Part shown: in pieces, positions 1 through 45,966 of the stretch
Position numbering within the stretch: position 1 is the first letter of the stretch
How the letters are laid out: each line of letters opens with the position of its first letter
Assembly: GCF_009914755.1 (NCBI RefSeq)
Contig: NC_060929.1
From: the human T2T-CHM13v2.0 reference genome, Homo sapiens
Strand: one strand, 5' to 3'
Length of the DNA stretch: 64,000 nt
The notes under the pieces: generated by a model
What the model saw: the letters and a program-made list of their open reading frames with translations, nothing else
Told to the model about the DNA's origin: nothing
Database searches by the model: none
Position numbers and translations under genes: made by a program

Positions 1-98
1 GAGGTATGTAGAATTCAAGAGTGAAAAAAAACAAAAATCCCTGCTCTAGTGGAACTTAACATTCTAGCAGGAGGAGACAAACCATAAATCAACCAGTA

Positions 99-290
99 CA
101 GGGGCTGGCAGACTTTTTAAAAACTAGGTAGTAAATATGTTAGGCTTTGCAGTCCACATAGTCTCTGTCACAAATACTCAACTGTCTGAAAGACAATATA
201 CAAACAAATGAGCATATACGTATCCTAGAAAAGCTATAAAACAGGTAGTGGGCCAAATTTGGCCCAAGGGCTGTAGTTTGCCAACCGCTG
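99..290. mobile_element. MER58-like hAT DNA transposon fragment within an L2 remnant (~1-1380)
   Basis: CAGGGGCTGGCAGACT...TAGTTTGCCAACCGCTG inverted ends with the typical internal TAAATATGTTAGGCTTTGC; flanks resemble L2. Confidence 0.65.
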
Positions 291-657
291 ATGTCGTGTT
301 AAAAGTTGGTAAGTGACACAGAAAAAAAAAAAAAACAGGATAAGGGAAATAAAATTATATTTAAATGGGATGATCAAAGTATGCTTCATTGAGCAATGAT
401 ATGAAAACATAAAAGTTAGCCAAACTGTGGGAGAAGAGCATTGCAGTCAGGATAGCAAAGGGATGGGCTGACATGTTCTTTAAGGAACAGCAAACAGGCC
501 AGTATGGCAAAAGCAGAATCACTAAGAGGGATAGCTGTAAGGGAGGAGGTAATCAGGGAGATGATGGAATAACTGATCAGAAAGGGCCGAGAAATGACTT
601 GCAGAGTTCTGAGAAGTGGCATGATGTGACTTGGATTTTAAAAGAACTGCTCTAACT

Positions 658-928
658 GGCTGGGCGCGGTGGTTCACGCCTGTAATCCCGGCACTTTGGG
701 AGGCCAAGGCGGGCGGATCACGAGGTCAAGAGATTGAGACCATCCTGGCCAACACGGTGAAACCCCACCTCTACTAAAAATACAAAAAAATTAGCCGTGC
801 GTGGTGGCGGGAGCCTACAGTCCCAGCTACTCGGGAGGCTGAGGCAGGAGACTGGCGGGAATCCGGGAGGCGGAGCTTGCAGTCAGCAGAGATCGCACCA
901 CTCCATCTCAGAAAAAAAAAAAAAAAAA
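658..928 (+). mobile_element. AluS with 3' internal deletion
   Basis: Alu consensus with poly-A; TSD AAAGAACTGCTCTAACT at 641-657 and ~926-942. Confidence 0.9.
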
Positions 929-2104
929 GAACTGCTCTAACTGCTATTTTGAGAAGACTATGGCAAGAGTAAAAGTGAGAAGACCAATTAGAACGTTATT
1001 AGAGTAATCAGGCAAGACATTAGAGGTGGTCCAGATCAGAATGGTGGTAGAGTTGGTGGTGAAAAGTGGCCAAATTCTAAATATATTTCGAAGGTAGCAT
1101 CAGTAAGATTTCCTAATACATTGGATAGGGTATGAGAAAGATGTAAGAATCAAAGATGAGTCCCAATTTTTTTTGACCTGAACTACTAGTTTTCATCAAC
1201 TGAGATGAAAAGGCTACAGGTAAAAACAAATATGGAAGGATGTTAGGGTGTTCAACTTGGACATGTTGAGCTTAATATACATTAGATAGCCAGGTGGAGA
1301 TGTTGAATAGGCAACCGGGTATGCAGGTCCTAAATTCAGAAAAAAAGTCTAGGCTAGAGATATACATCTGGAAATCATTATCATAAAGACGTACATTATC
1401 AAGTGCTGCAATCTAGCAATTCCTCTCCTAGATATTTATCTTAAAGATATCTTAGAACACTTGAGTAGTTTCACAGAGATGAAAGCACAGCTTTCTTTAA
1501 AATAGAGAAAAATGAAGAAATCTAAATCATATCAAAGGCAAACAGCCAAATAATGATGACACATCCAAACTACAGAATCCTCTGAAGCAGTTAAAAAGAA
1601 TGAGTTTTATACCTATGTATTAGTAGGGAAAGAGACCCACAGCATATTATTAAATAAAAAAGCAACAAGAAGAACAATACACACAGTGTGATCCTCCATT
1701 TATGCTAAAAAACAAAACAAAACAAGCAATAGCCAACATATGAGATGAAAATGAGATAGATGCATGGAATGGGGAGAATGGTGGTGAAGGGGCCTTTCAC
1801 TTTTTACACTAGGTAAGTCTATATTGATTCAACTATAGTAAGAGTTTATTCATGCATTACTGATGTACATAAAAGTAAGCTTAAACTCACAAATCACAGC
1901 AATACAAATAAATTCCTCTCAAGAAAATCTTCCGAAAAATCAAATCCATACAAGAAAGGCCATTTTTCTAACAATTCACTTTAAAAATTCTTCTAGAAAA
2001 TGTTTGTAACTTTTCATAATGACATTTGAGTTTTAATTTCAAATATTTATTTGATGATTTTTATATATTTAATTACACATACTCATACACTTCATCTGAC
2101 TTAC

Positions 2105-5100
2105 TTCTTTTTGGAATCTCTCTAATGTAAGCTTTCTCTGCATTTGGTCTTGCACCCAAGGATCCGCTGCATATTCAGATTCTAGTAGAGAAGTCCAACA
2201 ATTTGCTGCATCTCTCTTTGTCTTTGTAAGAACAATACGAACCATTTTTCTGTCCTCTAAAAAAAAAACACACACACACACACGCACAAATAAATTAGAG
2301 TTCTTCATCAAGTTGTTTTTTTTTTTTTTGAGACAGTATCACTCTCACCCAGGCTGGAGTGCAGCGGCTTGATCTCGGCTCACTGAAACCTCCGCCCCCC
2401 GGGTTCAAGTGATTCTCCTGCCTCAGCCTCCCGACTAGCTGGGAATACAGGCATGCGCCACCATGCCCGGCTAACTTTTGTATTTTTAGTATAAACGGGG
2501 TTTTGCCATGTTGGCCAGGGTGGTCTCAAGAAGTTCTTCATTAAATTTTATATTTCCAAAAACAACTAACTAATTTTTTCTCCCCCCACTAGGTAACTTT
2601 GACATACAACGGTTTTCAACACATTTCTATTGCTTTATCTTTCAAAGCTGCAAAGACAAAAAAGACCTAATACAAAAGAGGAAAAGATATCAAGACAAAA
2701 TTATTTTAATTTGATGAATTATAGTAATTACCCTTACCCAAAGTCCATGTTCCCTCATCAGCTATTGTAGAATCAAAGAGTTTGCCCTGAAAAATAAACA
2801 TATAAGGTGCTAAAAATACAGAATTTAATTTTTATAAAGTTTTCATGATTAAGATTTACCTACTTTCCTACCTAATCCACATCTTATACCACCACTTCAC
2901 CATGACATTTATAGGTGCACAACCCTAAATTTTCTCCCAGCAGGTAAAATGGAAACTAGTTTACACTGCAAGGGATATTTACTATGGCAAAGAACACAGA
3001 GCTCTCTAAAGAAAGATCAGGGCTCCTTAATTTTTAGAAGATACAGTAATACTGACCACTGGCCAAATGTGAAATTAATATCTGAAATGCTTTAATTCTA
3101 CCAATTTAAATTAACCACAAGAAGGGATCTCCTGCTAAAACTAAAAAATGTTGTCTTTTTTTTTTTTTTTTTTTTTTTTTTTTGAGACAGAGTTTCGCTC
3201 TGTCGCCCAGGCTGCAGTGGCACGATCTGGCTCACTGCAACCTCCACCTCCAGGGTTCAAGCGATTCTCCTGCCTCAACCTCCCAAGTAGCTAGGACTAC
3301 AGGCGCCCGCCACCACGCCCGGCTAATTTTTGTATTTTTAGTAGAGATGGGGTTTCCCCGTGTTAGCCAGGCTGGTCTCGAACTCCTGACCTTGTGATCC
3401 GCCCGCCTAGGCCTTCCAAAGTGCCAGGATTACAGGCATGAGCTACCGCACCCGGCAAAATGTTGTTTTTAAAGTAAACTTTTAAAAACGTTTTAATCTT
3501 TTTGTTGGGCAATCGGCATTAAAAAAACTTTACGTATTCCAGATTTGATAGATTAGTTGTGACTAACTGTTCACAAACTCATGTTTTTTAAAAAAATAAA
3601 CAAAATATAAATTTAAAAGAGACTGCACCAGGCCCAGTAGCTCAGGCCTGTAATCCCAGGACTTTGGAGGCCAACGTGGATTGCTTGACCCCATGGGTTT
3701 GAGGCTGCTGTGAGCTACAATCTCACCCCTGCACCCCAGCATGGGAGACAGGGACCCTGTCTCAATAAATATATATTTTTTTTTAAAGAGAGAATGCCTA
3801 AACTCAAATCCATTTTAATTTGTTGCCAAATTTAAGTTATAGAAAGTGAAATTAAATGTCACTAGGAAAAGCCCACATTTTAAAATATGTCAAAATTAGT
3901 GAGAAAAAAATCCCACTGGTCTATACGTACATCAGAAATCCCAAATTCAGCAGCTACTGCTAAATTCCGAAAGTTACTGGATTTACTAATTTATAATCGT
4001 AATCTAAAACCATTGTTGAGGAAACTATGAATTGTACAATTCAGAAAAGTAACTGAGATCCAAGCTGACATAATGTCTTTCACACGAATCTTGAGGCACT
4101 CAAAGCACCTCCATATACTGTAATATATATAATAGCTAATAGCTAACATATAGTATGAACTTATTACATACCAGTGAATACTCCAAGCTCTTCATACACG
4201 TGAATACCATGTTAAGCTCAAAACAATCCCATGAGAAGGGTACTATAACTACCTTATCTTGTGGATAAGGAAGATATAGAGACACTGAACAATCTCTCGC
4301 CCAAGTTTACAAAACTAGGAAACAAGTAGTCTCCCTTCACCATATTACACTGCCATCAAACATCTTGGGCATCTAACCTGAGAACTAAATCTAATTTCAA
4401 CCTGTTAGTTTAATTATACACTTAACAAAGAAAAAGCGGGTCCAGATCCAAAGAGCATTGGTGAAAAGAAATAAAAGGAGTACTACTTATTTTATGCACA
4501 CACCTCTTCACCACCTGCTTGACCACTCCACAAACATGCAGGATTTTCAAGCTTTTAGATGAGAAAACTAATCACCTGACATCATCTCTAAATTCTCTGC
4601 CCGTTATTCTATCCCTATTTTCTTTGTTGTCCTTTCCTATATTTATCTATTTATGAATTACGCTTCCGTACAGGAGCTTAACCTCTCCACTGCAGGTACG
4701 TTATCTGTTGTCTTCCTGCCTGTCTTCAGTGCACGGAAGAAATATTTGTTCCTTTAGCAACCTAGTTAATCTGTTCCCAGCTGAAGCCCGTCAGAGAAGC
4801 AGAAGCAGCAGTCTTAGTTTGAAAACTAAACACGAAAATAGGCTCCTCAAATTTCCACAACTCAGCACCTGCCCTGAAGAGGCGGGGGCTCTGACCAGAC
4901 CCAAACCTGGTCAGTGTTATCCTCTTTCTCTTTCTGCCAGCCACAGGAGCCGTCGGGACACCCAACAGTCGTTCAGGGAAACGGGGCTGGGGGCGTCTGG
5001 GAAGAGGAAACTGAACACAAGCCCCGAGCTGCCGCTACCTTGAGGATCTCGCGGCCGCCCACCGACAGCGCCACATGCCGGCTCTGGAGGCCGCACTGGA

Positions 5101-5227
5101 TATCCTGGGCGCGCGTGCCTGGCGGCACCTGAACTTCAATGAACACCTCCTCCAAGGTCTGGTACCACTGGCCCCACGGGGTCCCGCACGGTACCACCCC
5201 ACTCCGCTCCTCAAACGGGGCCGACAT
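2105..5227 (-). CDS. NUDCD2: NudC domain-containing protein 2 (CS/p23-like Hsp90 co-chaperone), coding exons 1-3; last exon lies outside the window
   Basis: Exons 5227-5039 (189 nt, [29 protein letters not shown]...GGREILK), 2786-2738 (49 nt, [16 protein letters not shown]) and 2256-2105 (152 nt, [21 protein letters not shown]...LTLERFQKE). All junctions are GT-AG and stay in frame (390 nt = 130 aa). Protein recognised as NUDCD2. Confidence 0.97.
2259..2288 (-). repeat. NUDCD2: (TG)7-T10 tract forming the NUDCD2 exon 3 splice acceptor
   Basis: Minus strand reads TGTGCG(TG)7 T10 AG|AG GAC. Confidence 0.9.
2312..3770. mobile_element. NUDCD2 intronic Alus: partial Alu 2312-2530(-), Alu 3155-3456(-), Alu monomer ~3628-3770(+)
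   Basis: Alu consensus motifs and poly-T tails; TSD AAAATGTTGT around the 3155-3456 copy. Confidence 0.85.
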
Positions 5228-5869
5228 AATCCAGTCCCTCCCGGCCGCGGCCGCACCAGGCGGAGCCGAGCGCACGCGCGGAATCCCACGCTTAGGCTAC
5301 GCCTCGGCCTCTCCGCTCGGGTCACTGCGCATGCGCAGGAACGCAAGCTAGCGCTTTGGTGTGCGTGTTCGTTTTTCCCTTTGAATGGCCGTTTACGGCA
5401 CCGGCAGGCCCCGGATGAAAGAACTGAAATCCAGAAAAGTTCACATGCAACGAACAATGGGACAGAATTGGAACCAGTGAAGCCGGAACTCACTACACCG
5501 TCCCCTAAGTGACGCCAAAATGCACTTTCTAACGTCTCCGGAGGGAAGTGCGCTTGCGCAAATGCTAGGTTACACTTGAGTAACTCCGGGAATGACTGGG
5601 TGGGTGGGGCGGGGAACAGTAACGGTCTCCTATTGGATGGCAGCCTAAACTCGCAGGCCAGCTAATTGGACGCAATCAGAACCCAGCATTCTTTCTTCGT
5701 GTTCCTGTGCGGGATTGGTGTGCCCAGGGGTTTGGCTTTCCAATTGGCTAACGCCGGGGTGGGTGGGGAATGTGGGGAGATTTGAATTTGAAACCGGTAG
5801 GGAGTGATAATCCGCATTCAGTTGTCGAGGAGTGCCAGTCACCTTCAGTTTCTGGAGCTGGCCGTCAAC
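5228..5869. promoter_or_regulatory. Bidirectional CpG-island promoter and 5' UTRs of NUDCD2 and HMMR
   Basis: Divergent ATGs at 5227(-) and 5870(+). NRF1 palindrome TGCGCATGCGCA 5326-5337 and a variant at 5549-5560; ETS-like CCGGAA 5483-5488; GC box 5606-5614; ATTGG/CCAAT boxes at 5632, 5665, 5714 and 5740-5747; tandem TTTGAA 5781-5792. Confidence 0.9.
5781..5792 (+). promoter_or_regulatory. Tandem CHR (cell-cycle genes homology region) elements TTTGAA-TTTGAA
   Basis: gagaTTTGAATTTGAAaccgg just downstream of several NF-Y boxes, the usual layout of DREAM/MuvB-regulated G2/M promoters. Confidence 0.8.
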
Positions 5870-36334
<30,465 letters not shown>

Positions 36335-37080
36335 ACATCTGAGAAACCTGTTGAAGATTATTTCATTCGTCTTGTTGTTATTGATGTTGCTGTTATTATA
36401 TTTGACATGGGTATTTTATAATGTTGTATTTAATTTTAACTGCCAATCCTTAAATATGTGAAAGGAACATTTTTTACCAAAGTGTCTTTTGACATTTTAT
36501 TTTTTCTTGCAAATACCTCCTCCCTAATGCTCACCTTTATCACCTCATTCTGAACCCTTTCGCTGGCTTTCCAGCTTAGAATGCATCTCATCAACTTAAA
36601 AGTCAGTATCATATTATTATCCTCCTGTTCTGAAACCTTAGTTTCAAGAGTCTAAACCCCAGATTCTTCAGCTTGATCCTGGAGGTCTTTTCTAGTCTGA
36701 GCTTCTTTAGCTAGGCTAAAACACCTTGGCTTGTTATTGCCTCTACTTTGATTCTGATAATGCTCACTTGGTCCTACCTATTATCCTTCTACTTGTCCAG
36801 TTCAAATAAGAAATAAGGACAAGCCTAACTTCATAGAAACCTCTCTATTTTTAATCAGTTGTTTAATAATTTACAGGTTCTTAGGCTCCATCCTGTTTGT
36901 ATGAAATTATAATCTGTGGATTGGCCTTTAAGCCTGCATTCTTAACAAACTCTTCAGTTAATTCTTAGATACACTAAAAATCTGAGAAACTCTACATGTA
37001 ACTATTTCTTCAGAGTTTGTCATATACTGCTTGTCATCTGCATGTCTACTCAGCATTTGATTAACATTTGTGTAATATGA

Positions 37081-37086
37081 AATAAA
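37081..37086 (+). terminator. HMMR: HMMR polyadenylation signal AATAAA (3' UTR ~36335-37110)
   Basis: AATAAA about 750 nt after the stop codon, followed by T/GT-rich sequence. Confidence 0.75.
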
Positions 37087-40046
37087 ATTACACAGTAAGT
37101 CATTTAACCAATTAATTTTTCAGCTTGTATTTTATGAAGTTACATTCATGCTTCTATGTAAGATGTATTTATCATCTCTACCCTACCCACACCACCTTGT
37201 CCCCAGAATCACAAAAGATACTGTTTGGAAAGTGGTAAATCTCTCTCTAAAATGCCTGTTTTGCACATATCATTGGTATGATATTTATAAGCTACCTTTT
37301 TTATAATGTGTTCTCACTGATGGCTCAACAGGGACTATCAGTCAGAATTGCTTTTCATTATTATTTTATTAGATCTTAATACATGGTTGAATTTTAAAAT
37401 ACAGTTTTTTAAATTAAGTTCAGAAGAAACGTAGAAATTAGAAAAATTGTCTAATAAAATAAAATGGTTTAATGGGCTGGGCCCAGTGGCTCACGCCTAT
37501 AATCCCAACACTTTGGGAGGCTGAAGCAGGTGGAATTCAAGACCAGCCTGAGCAACATAGTGATACCTCATCTCTAAAAAATATATAAATAAATAATAAA
37601 ATGCTTCAGGACCTCTACTTTTAGCCAACATGGGGTAACAAGATGAACAACCAGGTGCACTGCCCAAAGTTCTGCCCACTGGGAGGATTTCTCTTTACCA
37701 CTATCCTTCAGGGATGTCCCAGAGAAGGGCTGGTGTACTATGGCTATCCACTTTCAGGTGATGCCTACATATCACACAGAACCATCTATAAACTAGGCCC
37801 ATGTTGTTTCTTCCTGTCAACTCATCATAGGGAACTCTCCATGAGCTTGGGAGAAAAAAGGCAAGGTAGCAGGAACAGGGACCATGGGCATTTGGGTCAC
37901 TTCTTCATGTAACTTGCTTTTGCCTTCAGGTCCTGCCTGGGCCCAGTCACATACATAACACGTTCTTTGATGATGTACTCCTGCTGTCCACACCCAGCAT
38001 TATGGCTTGTGGGTCAGATAACACCCAGCTCATGATGGGCAGCTCAGGTCGCATGGTAACTTAATTGACCACGGTAAGCATTCAGTCCCTACTGAAGCCC
38101 AGCAGTAGGCCCAGAGCTGTTTCTCAAAAGAGTAGTTATCTGCATAGGATAACAGGTCTTTCTTCAAAATACTAAGGGTCTGCACTGAGATTCATCTATG
38201 TGGGCCTGCCAAAGGTTCCAACAGCATCTCTATCTGCCACTGACACTTCAAATACCACTGGATCTGCAAGTTCATATGTCCCAAGCAACAAAGCCGCTTA
38301 CACAATAGCCTGGACCTATTGCAGAACCTTTCCTATTCTGAGTCCTACTCCAAACTAGCAGCTTTTCAAGTCACTCAGTAAATGGGCCAGAGTAACAAAC
38401 TCAAATGAGGAAACGTCTTCAAAATCCAAAGAGGCCTGCCGCATGTCATGCCTCTTCTGGTTGTAGGAGGGGGCAGATGCAAAAACTTACCTTAGAAGGG
38501 GTATCTCAACATGCCTCATACCACTGGACCCCTAGAAATTTTACTGAGACATGAAAAAGCCTTTGAATTTTTGTTGGATTTACTTCCCACTTCTGACATG
38601 CAAATGTCTTACCAATAGGTCTGGAGTAGTTGCTATGTCTCACTCATTAGGTCCAGTGAGCATAATGTCGTCAATGTAATGGACCAATGTGATGTGGAAA
38701 GAAAAGGCAATCAAGATTCCTGTGAACAAAATTAGGACAGGGCTGGTGAGTTGATATGCCCTGAGGTAGGACATGAAGGTGCATTTCTAGCCTTGCTAGC
38801 TAAAAGCAAACTGCTTCTGGTCGGCCTTATAGACAGGGATGGAGAGAAAGGCATTTGCCAGATCATACCAGGTAGCTGCATACCAGGAACCAGGAGTTGT
38901 GTTAATTTGCTCAAGCAATACATCTGGTACTGTAGCTGCAATTGGAGTCACCACCTAGTTAAGTTTGTGATAATCCATCTGTCTTCTGCCCAGGCTAAAT
39001 AGGCGAGTTGAATGGACATATGGTAGGAATCACCACCCCGCCTTCCTTCAAGTACTTATGGTGGCACTAATCTCTTCAGTCCCTATAGGAATTGAGCATT
39101 GCTTTTGGTTTACTATTTTCCTAAGTACAGATAGTTCTAGTGGCTTCTACTTGGCCTTTTCCACCATAATAGCCCTCACTCCATAGGTAAGGAAACCAAT
39201 GTGTGGATTATTCTGTCAGCTGCTGACTGTATTCTAATTATACATTCTAGAACTAGGGGATAACCACAGGATAGGTTCAGGAATTCACTGGGCCCATTGT
39301 GAGATGGAACTAAGCTAAAACTCTGCTGATCACCTGACCTCCATAAGCTGCTACCCTGACAGTAGCACTTTGGATCTCCTGAAATTAGTGTCACTTCAGA
39401 GAGCCAGTGTCCACTAGTTCACAAAAGATCTGATTATTCCCTTTTTCTAATGCACAGTTACGTTGGTAAAGGTTGTACATCCCTTTGCGGAGGACTAGGA
39501 GAAAGACTAACAGTATAAACATTTGGTTATGGACCAGGGTCCCTTTGAGGTCCTCCCCTTCAATCAAAGGGTTTTGGGCTCTATAAAGTGGCTCAAGTTT
39601 GGGAATTAAGGGACCACGATTCTGTTTTTATGATTCGAGTTCAACTTTCGTCACTTGACTTAGAAGTTTTCTGCTTATACAGATCAAGTTAAGACTTCAG
39701 TAGGCTTCCTATCTATTTCACGTCTAGGAAAACCATGATCAACTAGCCAAAGCATAGGTCTACAAGTGAGATTATTCTAATTGTTCCTTTGGCTCTGTCA
39801 TTATGATAACCACTTCACCTTGCCTTTGGTGGTTGAGTCCCATTACTTGACCCTTGCCACCCTGGGATCCTTTACTTCCATTATATTTAGGTTTTCCAGT
39901 TCAGTGACTGCAGTGAGCTCTGGCCTACAGAGAAGAGCCATCACAGAGTTCTGAAAAAGATGCTGGAGCTCTCCTCGCAAATTTCTTTCTCATAGTATTG
40001 GTGAAAGGTATGCTTTCTTGATCTTCCCAGTGTGGATGAGTAGTTC

Positions 40047-40301
<255 letters not shown>

Positions 40302-41247
40302 AGATGAGTAGTTCTTAAGTGAAAAATCTAATTTCCCAATATTCCTAAACCTTTTAATCCCATCCTCTAGATTAAACCAAGGCATGTCCAGCACTTCCAA
40401 TTCATCTTTTCCATGTTTTAGTAAGCCAATCAAACTGTGAGCACCCTTTCTAACTCCCCAAGCTGCAATGTTAAATGCAGAATCTTGGCTTAGTGAGCCC
40501 ATGTCAATAAATTTGACCTGATCCAACTTTATGTTCCTTCCATCATTTTCCAACACCTTTATTATCCATTCCGACATATGTTCCCAGATTTTTGTCTGTA
40601 TAAATTAGAGACTTTGAGTAACTCTTTGGAGTATAGCACATCTCTTCATAGGTAACACTTTGTTCCTGTCTAGTTTCAGGTCTAGAAGCAAAGAAGGGTG
40701 GTGGAGTTGGGTCTGGAGGAGAACCAACATTGTCTTGCATATCAACTGCCTCAAAGGAGGCCATTACAATTTCCTCAGGCAATGCAGTGTTAATCATCAC
40801 AGACAGGTTGGAGGGTACTATCACTGGAAATGGAGAAGCTGCTTCCAATGGGGTTGAGAAGCCTCTCCACTAGCAAAGAAGACTCATCAGAATTTAGGGG
40901 CTTAATGTCCCCAGCTTCATCAAGGTCTTCCCATATGTCCCAATCCTAATTTACAGAATCCCATTTTTTTTTCAGTAAGTGCCCTCCTTTTGACAATAGT
41001 CACTCTGCAAGGCTGGAATTCTAATTTGTGTTGTAATTCAGCCAGTCACAGGATGAGATGCTGTGTTTGATTTTCAACAGTCTCAGCTCTGGGGCTACAG
41101 GAGATAGGGTTTTCTTCAGGGTGCACATAGAAGCTTTCAGATTATTTATGGAGCACTTGAGCTGGGAATAAAAATCCCTACACTCACTTTTGCACCACTT
41201 TATCCAGTGACATTAGAAACAACCAACTGTCCTCATTATACTCATTA

Positions 41248-41849
41248 TGAGGCAGAATAGGTAGTCAAGGAAGTAAACATGCCCTTGGTATGCAGCAACT
41301 GTGGCTTACTGCACCACATACTTTAACAAAATAAGCCCCAGCATTCACATTGTAGTCAAGCTAATTCAAGCAAAGCTATCTTCAGTAGGAAATTTCCCTG
41401 TATATAGCATATACATTTTGATTTTACCTATCCTCAGCCTGACCCTTTGTTCATTATAATAGTAAAAAACCCACTGCTGGGTGGAGATTTAAGATGCTAA
41501 TGAGACATGCGATATATGAACAAGCATGTACAGCTACTGCTCTTGTGCACCCAGAGGACCACCCAGAACATGCTTACTAGTAACACCTCTTCCCACCCCC
41601 TTATGATTAATCATGTAAGACTCCCAGAAAGGGAGTCTCCCTAGTGCCAGTCTTTATGATCTCATCCTTACCAGCAGCCTGTACTGAATCCTCTCTCTAA
41701 GGATGTACTATCTATTGTGCACTTAACTTTCAAAATATTCTTTTTCCTTTGCAATGAATTGTTTAATGCTGCAACTTCTCCACTCTGTGTCTCTTAAGTT
41801 CTTTTAGACTAAGAAGACAAGAACAAAGGTTTCATAACAGCCATCAACA
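41248..41849 (+). mobile_element. Solo LTR (ERV1-class, LTR26-like from memory) nested in the ERV-L gag region
   Basis: TG...CA termini, 602 bp, flanked by a 4-bp duplication ATTA (41244-41247 and 41850-41853). Subfamily not verified. Confidence 0.75.
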
Positions 41850-42120
41850 ATTAGTTTTCCAAAAATCAAAAAAAAATATCATATACACAGTTAGCCAGCT
41901 CCTTGCCTCTTATAACTGGCTGATTAGAAGTGGCCAATGCAATTATTTTGTGTATTTCTATTGCCAGATCATGCTATGCACTCAGTGCTCACTTTACTAA
42001 CTGGAAAGAATCATTAACACGTTTAATAAGATCAGAGTACCAATCCCAAGAACCCTGGAACCATCAGGAAACTCATCCTTAACATTCTGTCCCTCTAGAA
42101 CAACTCTTGGTACCAAAATC

Positions 42121-42560
42121 TGTATTAGTCACAGTTCTCCAGAGAAACAGAACCAGTAAGAGATACATAGAAAAGTTGATTTACTATGAGGAATTGGCTG
42201 ACATGATTATGAAGGCTGAGAAGGCTTGCAACCTGCCATTTGCAGGCTGGAGACCCAGGAAAGCAGGTGTTGTTCAGTACAAGCTTGAAAGCCTGAGAAC
42301 CATCATAGCAGAAGGTATAAGTCTCAGTCCAAAGTCAGCAAAAGACTGGGGTCAGGAAGAAGGGATTAATTCTCCCTTCCTTTGTTTTTTGTTCTACTCA
42401 GCCTTCAATGGACCCTCAATCAGCTTTAGTGCATCCACTAATTCAAATATTAACCTCATTCAGAAATACCCTCACAGACAGCCCCTGAAGTAGTGCCCAC
42501 GGTCAACCTATGATCTAGTCAAGTTGATGTATAAAATTAAACATAACAATTAAACATCAC
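42121..42560 (-). mobile_element. MLT2-family LTR (5' LTR of the ERV-L)
   Basis: TGTATTAGTCACAGTTCTCCAGAGAAACAGAACCA...GATTTACTATGAGGAATTGGCTGACATGATTATGAAGGCTGAGAAG...CAAGTTGATGTATAAAATTAAACATAACA resembles the MLT2 consensus and abuts the PBS. Confidence 0.85.
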
Positions 42561-43289
42561 ACTGGGTTTGGGAACTGAACACCCTGTCTAGTCTAACTCA
42601 TGCCCTATTGATCTACAATAAATTTTAACCTTGAATACTTGTTCGTGTTTCACACTGTTGACAAGAGAGGACAGAGGTCAGGATGCCCTGCCTCCTTCCT
42701 CAGTATCATTCTTTCAGATCCTCTTCTTGCTACTGTTCATGACTTCTATGTGAACACCCCCTAAAACAGGGTGAGAAGGATGACAGAGGTGGTGAAAATA
42801 CGAAACTAGGCCCCAGAACCTATTTGTGGGTGAAGCTGGACCCCAAGACATCTATCCTTATGAAGGTTTTACTTGAGACTCCAACACTAGCTTATTCATT
42901 AGTCCTTTAAATTAGGAGTCATCTAAGCTCCCATCACAAAGCAAATTTCAACAAATAGATTTTCCAGAAACTGTTACAACAAAGAGGGTGGGGTCAATAC
43001 CTTGTCTCTTCATCTCTAGCCACAGTAACATTCATCCATTTTCCAACCTATTGTCTCTTCATCCATTAGGACTTTGTAGTTTTCAAGAAAAACGGTGAAA
43101 GCCAAACTAATTATCTTTAACAAGTGAATAATTATATACACATAGCCCACTGATTTGAATTGTTTAAAATCAATTCTCTTTTCTGGGAGAAACAATTTTA
43201 AAAAGTATTATCTTCATGTATTTACACACTTAAGAATTTAGTGGTCTGAGGATAAAATAGATTCACTTATAAGTCATGCTTTTGATTTT

Positions 43290-45950
<2,661 letters not shown>

Positions 45951-45966
45951 TCAAAATGCTTGTTAG

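Noticed and set aside
5035-5512. Overlapping 145-152 aa Arg/Pro-rich ORFs on both strands
   Set aside because: Stop-poor frames expected in a GC-rich CpG island overlapping NUDCD2 exon 1.
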